A DNA stretch of 29,914 nucleotides from a virus: IMG/VR virus record IMGVR_UViG_3300045988_063342, positions 1 through 29,914 of that record; one strand, written 5' to 3'. Below are positions 7,497 to 15,185 of the stretch, piece after piece; within the stretch, counting starts at the first letter, position 1; each line of letters starts with the position of its first letter. A program made the position numbers and the translations under genes. The notes beneath the pieces are model-generated. The model did no database searches, was not told the DNA's origin, and was given only the letters and a program-made list of their open reading frames with translations.

Positions 7497-7543
7497 AAGT
7501 ATAACCATAGTAAAAATAACCAATGGAAGTATAACCATAGTAA
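7497..7543. repeat. Two direct 17-mers, aagtataaccatagtaa, spaced 30 bp start to start, followed by an A-rich tract
   Basis: Identical copies at 7497..7513 and 7527..7543. The tract 7544..7572 is A/T-rich. Confidence 0.9.
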
Positions 7544-7572
7544 GAAAAAGAAAATACTAAAAGAAAAAAATT

Positions 7573-7601
7573 TTGCAACGTCGTCAATCTTGTGTTATAG
7601 T
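7573..7601 (+). promoter_or_regulatory. Rightward early promoter
   Basis: TTGCAA (7573..7578), a 17-nt spacer, then TATAGT (7596..7601). The ATG at 7609 lies 7 nt downstream, so the mRNA is possibly leaderless. Confidence 0.5.
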
Positions 7602-7608
7602 GTTATCT

Positions 7609-8373
7609 ATGCAAGATATTCAAGGTTTTTGTGCTATGCGCCACTGGGTCATCAGAGGAAAGCACTTTGACAACACTTTGGAAAAACTCGTCTACATCGT
7701 TCTTGTAGACCACACTGACGATAACGGGCAGTGCTTCCCGTCAGTGGGCACGATAGCCGCAGAAGCAATGTGCGGAGAACGTAGCGTCTATACCGCGCTG
7801 AAATCGCTAGAGGCCAAAGGGCTTATTACTCGTGAGCCAAGATATGCGGCAAATGGCGTGCGTAAATCAACCGTCTACCATGTGACCGCCGAAGAACGCA
7901 ATGTCCAGCCTGATTCCTATAAGCCTGATACGCTTGATAAAACGCTTTGCCAAGCTCCAGAATCGACTACCACAGTAGAACCCGAACGCGAACCCGCACC
8001 GACGGAACCCGCGCCACATAAGCGCGAGGAATACCCGACAGCGTTCGAGCAACTGTGGACAATCTACCCGAAGCATGTAGCCAAGATGGCCGCTTACAAG
8101 GCGTGGCGTAAAGCAAAAGTAGGCATGAACAGCGCCTTCCTCCTGGCCAAGGTGCAGTCATTCGCCGCCCAGTGCGCCAACACGGAAACCCGATTCATCC
8201 CGAATTTCGCCACATGGCTCAACGGGGAAAGATGGAACGATGAATACCGTCCAGACCCGCCGCAAGCCCGTAAGCCCGCCACGAACGCGGAACGGAATAT
8301 GCGGAATCTCGCTCAGGCGATGCAGTCGCAAACTGACCTCTTCGGCTTCCAGATTGAGTCCGGTGTGTCGTAA
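7609..8373 (+). CDS. HTH-domain replication initiation/organiser protein (start 7609, or 7636)
   Basis: A winged-helix segment (CFPSVGTIAAEAMCGERSVYTALKSLEAKGLITRE) is typical of phage replication initiators, as is the C-terminal FEQLWTIYPKHVAKMAAYKAWRKA motif. It lies next to the repeat array. Confidence 0.55.
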   Translation: MQDIQGFCAMRHWVIRGKHFDNTLEKLVYIVLVDHTDDNGQCFPSVGTIAAEAMCGERSVYTALKSLEAKGLITREPRYAANGVRKSTVYHVTAEERNVQPDSYKPDTLDKTLCQAPESTTTVEPEREPAPTEPAPHKREEYPTAFEQLWTIYPKHVAKMAAYKAWRKAKVGMNSAFLLAKVQSFAAQCANTETRFIPNFATWLNGERWNDEYRPDPPQARKPATNAERNMRNLAQAMQSQTDLFGFQIESGVS

Positions 8374-8422
8374 GCAAAACTGTTGTATTATGTAATTACC
8401 GACCAATGAAAGGACAAAGAAA
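8360..8422 (+). promoter_or_regulatory. Repeated early element A, copy 1 (promoter-like plus leader/RBS)
   Basis: ccggtgtgtcg-N10-tgttgtattatgtaattaccgac..gaaaggacaaagaaa then ATG. GTGTCG is followed by 15 nt and then TATTAT. Confidence 0.55.
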
Positions 8423-8752
8423 ATGACCACCGCAACCTATAACCAAATCGCAGAAGCCATTGGCAGGCGCAAAACCTACTCCATTAACGACAATCTCAAC
8501 GTGTACACCACGCGCGGAGAAAAACGGGGAAAAGTCTTCCGCGTCCAGTGGGAAACGCTCAACTATCCGACACCGCAAGAATATTCTAAAGCGCGTCACG
8601 AAGCCCGGCGTGAAGGGCGTAATGTTTGGATAACATCCTTTCATTCGGTGGACTTCGAGTTCACCGAAGCCGGATACGAGGAAGCCTTAAAATACGTCGA
8701 GACGGTAAAGCACCATAACGACGAAATATCCAATTTCCGCCAAGCAATCTGA
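8423..8752 (+). CDS. Hypothetical protein, paralog family 1 (109 aa)
   Basis: It follows element A1. It shares NDNLNVYTTRG..FRVQWE and FTEAGYEEALKYVE with the ORF ending at 11343. Confidence 0.7.
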   Translation: MTTATYNQIAEAIGRRKTYSINDNLNVYTTRGEKRGKVFRVQWETLNYPTPQEYSKARHEARREGRNVWITSFHSVDFEFTEAGYEEALKYVETVKHHNDEISNFRQAI

Positions 8753-8759
8753 CGTTATC

Positions 8760-8781
8760 GCCCCGCCTCCAAGGGCGGGGC
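8760..8781 (+). promoter_or_regulatory. Element B, copy 1: GC hairpin without a U-tract, followed by a conserved RBS
   Basis: gccccgcc-tccaag-ggcggggc, then cacccaacgaaaggaaaataaaATG. Confidence 0.6.
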
Positions 8782-8802
8782 ACCCAACGAAAGGAAAATA
8801 AA

Positions 8803-9228
8803 ATGCTGACACTATTCAACGACATTCCCCCGTACGACATGCATTCCGTCGTGGAATGCGACAAGACAAAAGACACGGCAATATTCGAAACCGCACTAAC
8901 CATACAAGACAACCATAAAATAGCCCGCTACCGAGTATGGCTATCAGCCTGGAAAGGCTTAGAAAACCGGCAGAGAAGCGGAGCCAAATCTAAAAGTTAC
9001 ATGATGGACGTCGTAGCCCCATCAGACTGGACGATTGATAAAGTCCACAACGCTATACTCTCGTACCTAGCTGGCATCAAGTGGGTGAAAATGTCGAGTG
9101 GCATACAATGGTGGAGTGGCATACAATGGTGCCACGCTGACTACCAGCCACAAGCCCACGACTCCCTCCAAGAAGACTACATCCTTTACCTTGACGACTT
9201 TCTGGACTCAATCACACCAAACTTCTGA
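8803..9228 (+). CDS. Hypothetical protein (141 aa) with an internal perfect 18-bp tandem duplication
   Basis: RBS GAAAGGAA. The duplication gagtggcatacaatggtg lies at 9096..9113 and 9114..9131. Confidence 0.65.
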   Translation: MLTLFNDIPPYDMHSVVECDKTKDTAIFETALTIQDNHKIARYRVWLSAWKGLENRQRSGAKSKSYMMDVVAPSDWTIDKVHNAILSYLAGIKWVKMSSGIQWWSGIQWCHADYQPQAHDSLQEDYILYLDDFLDSITPNF

Positions 9229-9236
9229 GAGGGAAT

Positions 9237-10157
9237 ATGAAATACATAAGCCTTTTTAGCGGTATCGAAGCCGCGAGCGTCGCGTGGAAGCCATTAGGCT
9301 GGGAGCCTATAGCATTCTGCGAATTTGATAAAACACCCTCAAAAGTCCTAGCAAAAAACTTTCCGAACGTTCCCAATCTGGGAGACGTCACCAAAGTAGA
9401 TTGGAATAGATACCATGGAACAGCTGACATTGTGGTCGGAGGAAGCCCATGCCAAGCATTTTCAGTCGCAGGCGCACGAAAAGGGCTTAATGATTCGCGC
9501 GGCCAGCTCATGCTCGAATATCTCCGAGCTTGCGCAGAAATTGACCCGGAGTGGATTATCTGGGAGAACGTTCCAGGTGTATTCTCTTCCAATGGTGGCA
9601 GAGACTTTGCAACATTGCTTAATTCCGTTTCAAAACTCTGGGGTGCTCGCGGGGGAGGGGGGGCATGGCGAGTGCTTGACGCTCAATACTTCGGAGTACC
9701 CCAACGACGTAAAAGAATCTACCTTGTCATCAATACTCACGACTGGAGACGTGCCGTCAACGTGCTTCATGACAGTGCAAGCTTGCAGGGGGATACTTGC
9801 AAGGCTGGACAAAAAGCCGAAGCTCTCAGAGCCAGCAGGCTTGAGAGACGCTTGTCAGGAAGTAATAAAGTCCAATGTCGCATAGACACACAGTCTTCTG
9901 CGCCAACAATGAGCGACGCTTGCCCGACATTGCTTCGCCATAATCGCAATGACCCGCCCTACATTTGGGGGGTGAACGGGTATCCTTTCAGGCGGCTTAC
10001 TGCTGAAGAGTGCGAAGCGCTCCAGGGTTTCCCGCCTGGATGGACTGACTGTCTGAGGTACCGTGAGCGAATCGGCGTGTTAGGTAATTCCATGGCCGTG
10101 CCGGTTATGCGTTGGCTCGGTAGGAGAATTGACACCATATCAAAGGGAGCAAAATGA
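9237..10157 (+). CDS. DNA (cytosine-5)-methyltransferase
   Basis: Motif I (LFSGIEAAS), motif IV (GGSPCQAFSVAG), motif VI (ENVPG), motif VIII (QRRKRIYLV) and motif X (GNSMAVPV). Confidence 0.9.
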   Translation: MKYISLFSGIEAASVAWKPLGWEPIAFCEFDKTPSKVLAKNFPNVPNLGDVTKVDWNRYHGTADIVVGGSPCQAFSVAGARKGLNDSRGQLMLEYLRACAEIDPEWIIWENVPGVFSSNGGRDFATLLNSVSKLWGARGGGGAWRVLDAQYFGVPQRRKRIYLVINTHDWRRAVNVLHDSASLQGDTCKAGQKAEALRASRLERRLSGSNKVQCRIDTQSSAPTMSDACPTLLRHNRNDPPYIWGVNGYPFRRLTAEECEALQGFPPGWTDCLRYRERIGVLGNSMAVPVMRWLGRRIDTISKGAK

Positions 10158-10570
10158 ACACTATCAATCATCCAGAACACTACACCGACAGCACGAAGCC
10201 TTGCGAATGCATCGAAGTCGCGCAATATCACAGCTTTTGCGTAGGCAACGCGATAAAATACGTGTGGCGGCACCGACTCAAGGGGCGCCCCCTCGAAGAC
10301 TTGCAGAAAGCGGAATGGTATCTACAGAGGGCTATCGACAATGGCGAGAAATGCCGTCTGCAAATCGATGGCGACCCATTGGACGCGCACAATCCCATGC
10401 AAGTGGGGAAGTGCTGTCTCTATATGGACACCCTGTTTGATATTGCTAGGCGCGCTGCGACCTACCGTGAAGGCTTTTTCTGGATGTACCTGCGTAAAGG
10501 TGATTTGCAAAACATGTTGCGAATCGTGAAAATGATGCAAGCGGAATATAAGGGGCACGAGGATGAATAA
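10154..10570 (+). CDS. DUF3310-family phage protein
   Basis: HPEHYT...CIEV...GNAIKYVWRHRLKGRPLEDLQKAEWYL is the characteristic DUF3310 pattern. It has an ATGA overlap with the upstream gene. Confidence 0.6.
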   Translation: MNTINHPEHYTDSTKPCECIEVAQYHSFCVGNAIKYVWRHRLKGRPLEDLQKAEWYLQRAIDNGEKCRLQIDGDPLDAHNPMQVGKCCLYMDTLFDIARRAATYREGFFWMYLRKGDLQNMLRIVKMMQAEYKGHEDE

Positions 10571-11003
10571 ACTGCAAGTTCAAGCGCTCCTAACCTATGC
10601 CAGCGCCTTTGATAACCGTCTTGTAACCGATATCCAGGTGGCCGCATGGACGGAAGCGTTAGCCGCGGACATGCGATTAGACGTGGCGAAGGAAGCGATA
10701 CGCCAATTTTTCGCAAGCCCGGAATATGTGAAGAAGCGTCCGTATCTCATGCCCGCCGACCTGAACGCGTTTTGGCGCAGATGGAAGCGAGACCATAATC
10801 CATCCGAAGGCGACATTATGCATGAGATGCGTGCGTTAGGCCTCGAAGGTGATGCAAGTTGGGAGTACCGGCGCAACCGGCTGAGCGGGCGGACGATTGA
10901 AGAGTCCGCGCAGGCCGCTAAGAGGTTCAGGGGTATCGACAATGCGCGTGGGTTGAGTCGTTTGGGTGAGATTCTGCCACGTCCGGCGTGTCGCCACGAA
11001 TAA
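10563..11003 (+). CDS. Hypothetical protein (146 aa)
   Basis: ORF in operon context. Its 3' end contains the GGCGTGTCG box of element A2. Confidence 0.6.
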   Translation: MNKLQVQALLTYASAFDNRLVTDIQVAAWTEALAADMRLDVAKEAIRQFFASPEYVKKRPYLMPADLNAFWRRWKRDHNPSEGDIMHEMRALGLEGDASWEYRRNRLSGRTIEESAQAAKRFRGIDNARGLSRLGEILPRPACRHE

Positions 11004-11044
11004 TGTTGTATTATGTAATTACCAACAAACGAAAGGACAACAAA
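10983..11044 (+). promoter_or_regulatory. Repeated early element A, copy 2
   Basis: ccggcgtgtcg-N11-gttgtattatgtaattaccaac..gaaaggacaacaaa then ATG at 11045. It has the same 15-nt GTGTCG-to-TATTAT spacing. Confidence 0.55.
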
Positions 11045-11091
11045 ATGCCACCGCAAACCTCCGATTCAACCTCTTCGAAATCTTCGATAAC

Positions 11092-11343
11092 ATGATGGGC
11101 GACAAGAAGAAGCTCCGCATCACAAACAACCTCGACGTGTACACTACCCGCACGGGAGACATTCACAGAGTAATCCGCGTCCACTGGGAAATCAAGAAGA
11201 CCGACGAAGAACTCCGCAATGACTACCGCAAGCGCGGCAACCACTATCCGCATCACTGCTATGAGAAGCTTTTCCCCTACACCACTGAGGGACTGTATGC
11301 GGCAATTGACTACCTCGAAAAGCTCCCCGAAAACGCAATCTGA
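11092..11343 (+). CDS. Hypothetical protein, paralog family 1, second copy. The N-terminus is displaced by a 1-nt frame difference.
   Basis: ITNNLDVYTTRTGDIHRVIRVHWE and YTTEGLYAAIDYLE align with the 8423 ORF. The element-A ATG (11045) is out of frame and opens a 16-codon uORF whose TGA overlaps the in-frame ATG at 11092. Confidence 0.55.
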   Translation: MMGDKKKLRITNNLDVYTTRTGDIHRVIRVHWEIKKTDEELRNDYRKRGNHYPHHCYEKLFPYTTEGLYAAIDYLEKLPENAI

Positions 11344-11350
11344 CCCCCAC

Positions 11351-11370
11351 CCCCGCCCACGCGGGCGTGG
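11351..11370 (+). promoter_or_regulatory. Element B, copy 2 (GC hairpin)
   Basis: ccccgccc-acgc-gggcgtgg with one mismatch, then aaccattaatgaaaggaacaacaATG. Confidence 0.5.
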
Positions 11371-11393
11371 AACCATTAATGAAAGGAACAACA

Positions 11394-11987
11394 ATGAAAC
11401 TCGAAGAAAAATATATGGCAGTCCTCAACGAAGTACCGAACTTCGTCACCGACCTCACCGCCAACGCCGGACAACGCACCTACAAGTACCTCAACCTATC
11501 CACCATCCTCAAGACCATCAAGCCTATTTTCGCCAAGTATGATTTAGCCTTCCGGCAGGTGGTGCGCATGGGCGCGGTAGGCGACAAAGTGAGCTACGGC
11601 ACTGTAGAAACAATCATTTTCGACGCTGAAAAAACCCTGCACGTGGGCGACTATCCATTCATTGTGGTACCCGACCCTCAGGCAATCGGCTCCGCAGTAA
11701 CCTACGCGCGACGCTACTCCCTCTACGCCGCCCTTGGCATCTTCCCCGACAAGGACGATGACGGAGCCGCCATGCGCGACTATTCCACCCCAAAACAGCC
11801 ACGCAAGGCCACAGCACAGGAAGTCAACGACCTTAACGACATGGCCCAGGCCGCTGGAACAAATCTGGGGTTCTACGTCAACGCTTTGGCATCGCAGTTC
11901 GGCCATGAGGTGCGTAGACCGCAGGACTTGACCGAACATGACGTCATGCTTCTGCGCCAGGCCATCAGCAAGGGCGGTAACAAGTGA
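11394..11987 (+). CDS. erf: ERF-family single-strand annealing protein
   Basis: YKYLNLSTILKTIKPIFAKYDL...QAIGSAVTYARRYSLYAALGIFPDKDDDG is the ERF signature. I chose the ATG at 11394 by analogy with the conserved RBS spacing. Confidence 0.8.
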   Translation: MKLEEKYMAVLNEVPNFVTDLTANAGQRTYKYLNLSTILKTIKPIFAKYDLAFRQVVRMGAVGDKVSYGTVETIIFDAEKTLHVGDYPFIVVPDPQAIGSAVTYARRYSLYAALGIFPDKDDDGAAMRDYSTPKQPRKATAQEVNDLNDMAQAAGTNLGFYVNALASQFGHEVRRPQDLTEHDVMLLRQAISKGGNK

Positions 11988-12151
11988 AAAAGGTTGCTAT
12001 ATTCTGCGGTTTCTTGGCGCTTACGATTGTGTCCGCTGTCGTTTTGGGAGTGGCATTTCAATGCGATGATAGGCCCATGATTCTTCTCGCATTGGTTACC
12101 ATCCTTATTGGGTTGGCGGGCATGGGTTTCGTTGTCATGGATTATCTCTAG
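11984..12151 (+). CDS. Small two-TM membrane protein (55 aa, GTG start)
   Basis: Found by hand: VKKVAIFCGFLALTIVSAVVLGVAFQCDDRPMILLALVTILIGLAGMGFVVMDYL. The GTG overlaps the erf stop (GTGA). Confidence 0.45.
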   Translation: MKKVAIFCGFLALTIVSAVVLGVAFQCDDRPMILLALVTILIGLAGMGFVVMDYL

Positions 12152-12152
12152 T

Positions 12153-12215
12153 CCGGTGTGTCGTAACCGAAACTGTTGTATTATGTAATTACCGACCAAG
12201 GAAAGGACAAAGAAA
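12153..12215 (+). promoter_or_regulatory. Repeated early element A, copy 3
   Basis: ccggtgtgtcgtaaccgaaactgttgtattatgtaattaccgaccaaggaaaggacaaagaaa then ATG. It is nearly identical to copy 1. Confidence 0.55.
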
Positions 12216-12410
12216 ATGAACATCAACCTCAGCACAGCAGAAGGCTACATCATCGACTATCTTGAGAACAGCGGACAGGATGACGGCCAATGGGACACCT
12301 ACGGAGCCGCGAAAGACCTCCGCTTCATCTGCGACATGAACGGGTACACCGATTATGAACAGGTGGACCCCGACGAGTTCACCGAACTGCTCAAGGAACA
12401 CGCACTCTAA
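12216..12410 (+). CDS. Small, strongly acidic protein (64 aa)
   Basis: 15 Asp/Glu against 3 Lys/Arg. It is the first gene after element A3. Confidence 0.65.
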   Translation: MNINLSTAEGYIIDYLENSGQDDGQWDTYGAAKDLRFICDMNGYTDYEQVDPDEFTELLKEHAL

Positions 12411-12420
12411 ACCACCCACC

Positions 12421-12442
12421 GCCCCGCCCGCAAGGGCGGGGC
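12421..12442 (+). promoter_or_regulatory. Element B, copy 3 (9-bp GC stem, GCAA loop)
   Basis: gccccgccc-gcaa-gggcggggc, then accactaatgaaaggaatgacaATG. Confidence 0.6.
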
Positions 12443-12464
12443 ACCACTAATGAAAGGAATGACA

Positions 12465-12743
12465 ATGAAAGAAACAATAACAATTGACCAATACGTCAGA
12501 TTCCTCAAGGAAACACTAACCCAGCTTGAAAAAGTAGCCAAAGAAGCACCAAATCTTGAATTGAAAGACTACACGCCGCAAATCGCAATCTACCCCAATT
12601 CCAGAGAGAACGCACTTGACTTGCTCTACCTGGCTGGAATCGAACCGACGATCTACAAAAATATCGTGCGAGGACGATTCAACACCGTCAACGGAATCGC
12701 CTACGTCCACTATGAAGAAGAGATTGCGGGAGAGGATAAATGA
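12465..12743 (+). CDS. Hypothetical protein (92 aa)
   Basis: The ATG at 12465 has the conserved GAAAGGAA spacing. Confidence 0.6.
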   Translation: MKETITIDQYVRFLKETLTQLEKVAKEAPNLELKDYTPQIAIYPNSRENALDLLYLAGIEPTIYKNIVRGRFNTVNGIAYVHYEEEIAGEDK

Positions 12744-13150
12744 GAATCACACTATGGCCGGGAGCCATGCCCATCACGTTCAAAACCGTCGCTGGAGACC
12801 GGGAATACAGAATCATGAAAGGCGTTTACGGACACCTCATTCAATCCAAGAACGGCAACCTGTTCACCTTGGACAATGGAAACAACTTGCGCGTAGTTGA
12901 TACTTGCAACGTCCAATATTTGCAATCATTGACAGACGGGGAACGTCTAAAATTCCTCCGCAACACGTTCGGCATCAGCCAACGAGAACTAGCCAGAATG
13001 TACGGCGTCCGGCAAGCAATGGTAGCGCACTGGGAAGCAGACTACAGGCATATCGCCCCGAAACGCTTCGAACAAATCGAAGCCACACTATTCAACGCTT
13101 ACATTCGCACAGCATCTAGAGCCGGGCTTCCGGTAGGAAAGGAAAACTAG
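12740..13150 (+). CDS. Protein with a C-terminal XRE/Cro-type HTH domain
   Basis: LRNTFGISQRELARMYGVRQAMVAHWE. It has an ATGA overlap with the upstream gene. Confidence 0.6.
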   Translation: MRITLWPGAMPITFKTVAGDREYRIMKGVYGHLIQSKNGNLFTLDNGNNLRVVDTCNVQYLQSLTDGERLKFLRNTFGISQRELARMYGVRQAMVAHWEADYRHIAPKRFEQIEATLFNAYIRTASRAGLPVGKEN

Positions 13151-13151
13151 A

Positions 13152-14039
13152 ATGAGGATTCTGAACGTTTCGCAAACGCAGGACACGCAAGCATGGTTAG
13201 ACGCCAGGATTGGCAAAATCACTGGTACCAAAGCCGGAACACTCGCGCTCGAACATTACGCCCAAAAGGACGTAGCCAAGCTCGAAGCCATGGCAGACAA
13301 GGCAAAGACCGAGGAAAAGGCCGAAGAGTATCGGGAGAAAGCACGTCAGGCCAAGCGAGATAACGCACGGTTGAAAGTCAACCTCGACTTTTGGCAGTTC
13401 CTCGCTGACATGATCGCGGAACAGCCGGACGGGGAACCGCCAATGGAACGCGGCCACCGTTTGGAAAACACTAACATCATGATGGCGTGCGAGAAACTCG
13501 ACATTTCGCCAGACGTCGTGGAATTCGACACTGGCATGTGGGTAAGTGACGTGGATGACCGTATTGCGGTCAGTCCTGACGCTCACGCCAAGCCGCAAAT
13601 CGATATTAACGGGCTGGAATATAATCCCACGTTCGCGTTCGAAGCGAAAAGCCTGGGCACGAAATACCATTTGCAGACGGTTGTTCCGTTCCGAGTATTC
13701 CAGATGCTCTACGATTCGGAGACCCCGAATAGTCAACGTGATGAATTGCGGTCGTTGGCGCTCAAACTCTTCCCGGAGATTTTGGAATCGCGTCGAGAGT
13801 TCGACTTCATCCCCGAACAGTATCAGGCTCAAGTGCTCCAGTATTTTGTCGTCAACCCTGACTTGCAGACAGTGTATTTCACCATGTACGACGACAGGGT
13901 GTATAGTAGTCTGCGACATGAGGTGTTCGAAGTTGACCGGCGGAGTGTCGCAAGTGAAATCGAAGCACAGGAGACAAAGGAATTACAGACATTGACACTT
14001 ATTGACGAACTGCAAAAACTGGGAGGTGTGGACTGGTGA
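13152..14039 (+). CDS. YqaJ/lambda-Exo-like recombination exonuclease (PD-(D/E)XK)
   Basis: N-terminal WLDARIGKITGTKAG, AVSPDAH and FEAKSL (D...ExK). It sits in the same block as the ERF gene. Confidence 0.7.
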   Translation: MRILNVSQTQDTQAWLDARIGKITGTKAGTLALEHYAQKDVAKLEAMADKAKTEEKAEEYREKARQAKRDNARLKVNLDFWQFLADMIAEQPDGEPPMERGHRLENTNIMMACEKLDISPDVVEFDTGMWVSDVDDRIAVSPDAHAKPQIDINGLEYNPTFAFEAKSLGTKYHLQTVVPFRVFQMLYDSETPNSQRDELRSLALKLFPEILESRREFDFIPEQYQAQVLQYFVVNPDLQTVYFTMYDDRVYSSLRHEVFEVDRRSVASEIEAQETKELQTLTLIDELQKLGGVDW

Positions 14040-14314
14040 GCATTTCACGACGTGTCATTTACGCGGTGTTCGACGATTGCGCGGGATGCAAACACCGTGA
14101 ATTGATTGACGAACTCCGAAAAATGGTGTTGCGCATCAAGAAGAAAACCGGCGTCATGATTGCGCTCATGGTCGTCCAGCCGGGCAATAGCCGTTACTGG
14201 ACACTGCGCAAGTCTCACAAGTATTCTAATGCGCCTTTTTTCGTGTTCGACGGCGTGTGTTATCGCCATGTGGATGCGCTTGAGGTGCAGTGCTTGGCGT
14301 ATTGCTCTCGCTGA
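14036..14314 (+). CDS. Hypothetical protein, possibly a thioredoxin-fold protein (CxxC)
   Basis: VIYAVFDDCAGCKH ... PFFVFDG resembles the glutaredoxin/NrdH layout. GTG start. Confidence 0.4.
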   Translation: MSISRRVIYAVFDDCAGCKHRELIDELRKMVLRIKKKTGVMIALMVVQPGNSRYWTLRKSHKYSNAPFFVFDGVCYRHVDALEVQCLAYCSR

Positions 14315-14319
14315 TAAAA

Positions 14320-14360
14320 GGGGAATCTACGAATGAATTTCGTTGGTTCCCTTTTTTTAT
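14320..14360 (+). terminator. Intrinsic terminator
   Basis: Hairpin GGGGAATCTACGAA-tgaat-TTCGTTGGTTCCC followed by T7 (14352..14358). Confidence 0.6.
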
Positions 14361-14362
14361 TT

Positions 14363-14425
14363 TCGGCGTGTCGTGTCCGCAAGCAGTGTATTATGTAATT
14401 ATCAACCAAGAAAGGGCAAATTAAA
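14363..14425 (+). promoter_or_regulatory. Repeated early element A, copy 4
   Basis: tcggcgtgtcg-N11-agtgtattatgtaattatcaaccaagaaagggcaaattaaa then ATG. Confidence 0.55.
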
Positions 14426-14659
14426 ATGAAATACCAAGCGACAATAGAACTCAACAATCCGGACAAAACCATCAAAATAACCCTCGAAGACGAAAAAGAA
14501 CCATACACATTCAGCTTCGGACACGCATACACCCTCAAAGGATTGCTAAAGCGCGGCACAGCGCAACTCAAAAAGGAAACGGGAATCAATCTCGAATGTC
14601 CAGTCTTCGCACATCGCAACAACACGACCGACTTCTACACAGTCCTATACACTCACTGA
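14426..14659 (+). CDS. Hypothetical protein (77 aa)
   Basis: First ORF after element A4. Confidence 0.6.
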   Translation: MKYQATIELNNPDKTIKITLEDEKEPYTFSFGHAYTLKGLLKRGTAQLKKETGINLECPVFAHRNNTTDFYTVLYTH

Positions 14660-14670
14660 AAGGCCAAGCA

Positions 14671-14817
14671 ATGAAGAAAACAGACGGATTCGTGACAATA
14701 CTCTTTATTTTCGGATTCGTATTATCCGCAAATGAAGAAATAAACTTCATCAATATTATCGGTGTCGCGTGCGTGTTTTCGGCACTCTACATCTACCGCA
14801 AAGGAGCGAAGAAATGA
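14671..14817 (+). CDS. Small membrane protein (48 aa)
   Basis: MKKTDGFVTILFIFGFVLSANEEINFINIIGVACVFSALYIYRKGAKK. RBS GAAAGG. Confidence 0.5.
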   Translation: MKKTDGFVTILFIFGFVLSANEEINFINIIGVACVFSALYIYRKGAKK

Positions 14818-15176
14818 ACAAAGCAGTCCAGGCCGGACTAGTCGCCGGATACCTCAACACTTGCGTCCAGCTCACGGACGGGTACGGACTGAAATTAAGA
14901 ATCATGCGTGAAAGCTGGAAAATGGCGTGCGACAAAGTAGCCGACCATTACGAAAAATTCGCGCAATCCACGGACGATAACCGCAACCACTGTGTGGCGG
15001 TAGGGAAAAAGGCACAGGCGGAAAGCTTGAAGAATCTTGCCGTGTGCGGTTGGTGTCTCGCACCCTTCATCACTTTCCCAGTGTGGGTTCTCATGGCGAG
15101 GAAGACGGGTTTACGTGGCTATCTGACGGCCGTCAGCGTATGCGCGTTCACCAGGCATATCGCGGAAATGTATTAG
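14814..15176 (+). CDS. Hypothetical protein with a C-terminal hydrophobic segment (120 aa)
   Basis: AAGGAG lies 7 nt upstream of the ATG at 14814. It has an ATGA overlap. Confidence 0.55.
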   Translation: MNKAVQAGLVAGYLNTCVQLTDGYGLKLRIMRESWKMACDKVADHYEKFAQSTDDNRNHCVAVGKKAQAESLKNLAVCGWCLAPFITFPVWVLMARKTGLRGYLTAVSVCAFTRHIAEMY

Positions 15177-15185
15177 GGGGATACG

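Noticed and set aside
7429-7543. Possible CRISPR-like repeat array
   Set aside because: The 22-bp repeats are directly tandem with no spacers, and there are only three copies. No cas genes are present. This fits iterons or operators.
8760-8781. The element B GC hairpins as ordinary intrinsic terminators
   Set aside because: None of the four copies is followed by a T-tract. Each instead runs straight into a conserved leader and RBS. A true terminator with T7 does exist nearby (14320..14360) for comparison.
13197-13919. A 240-aa minus-strand ORF inside the early block
   Set aside because: It is antisense to the YqaJ-like exonuclease, which has clear motifs and operon context.
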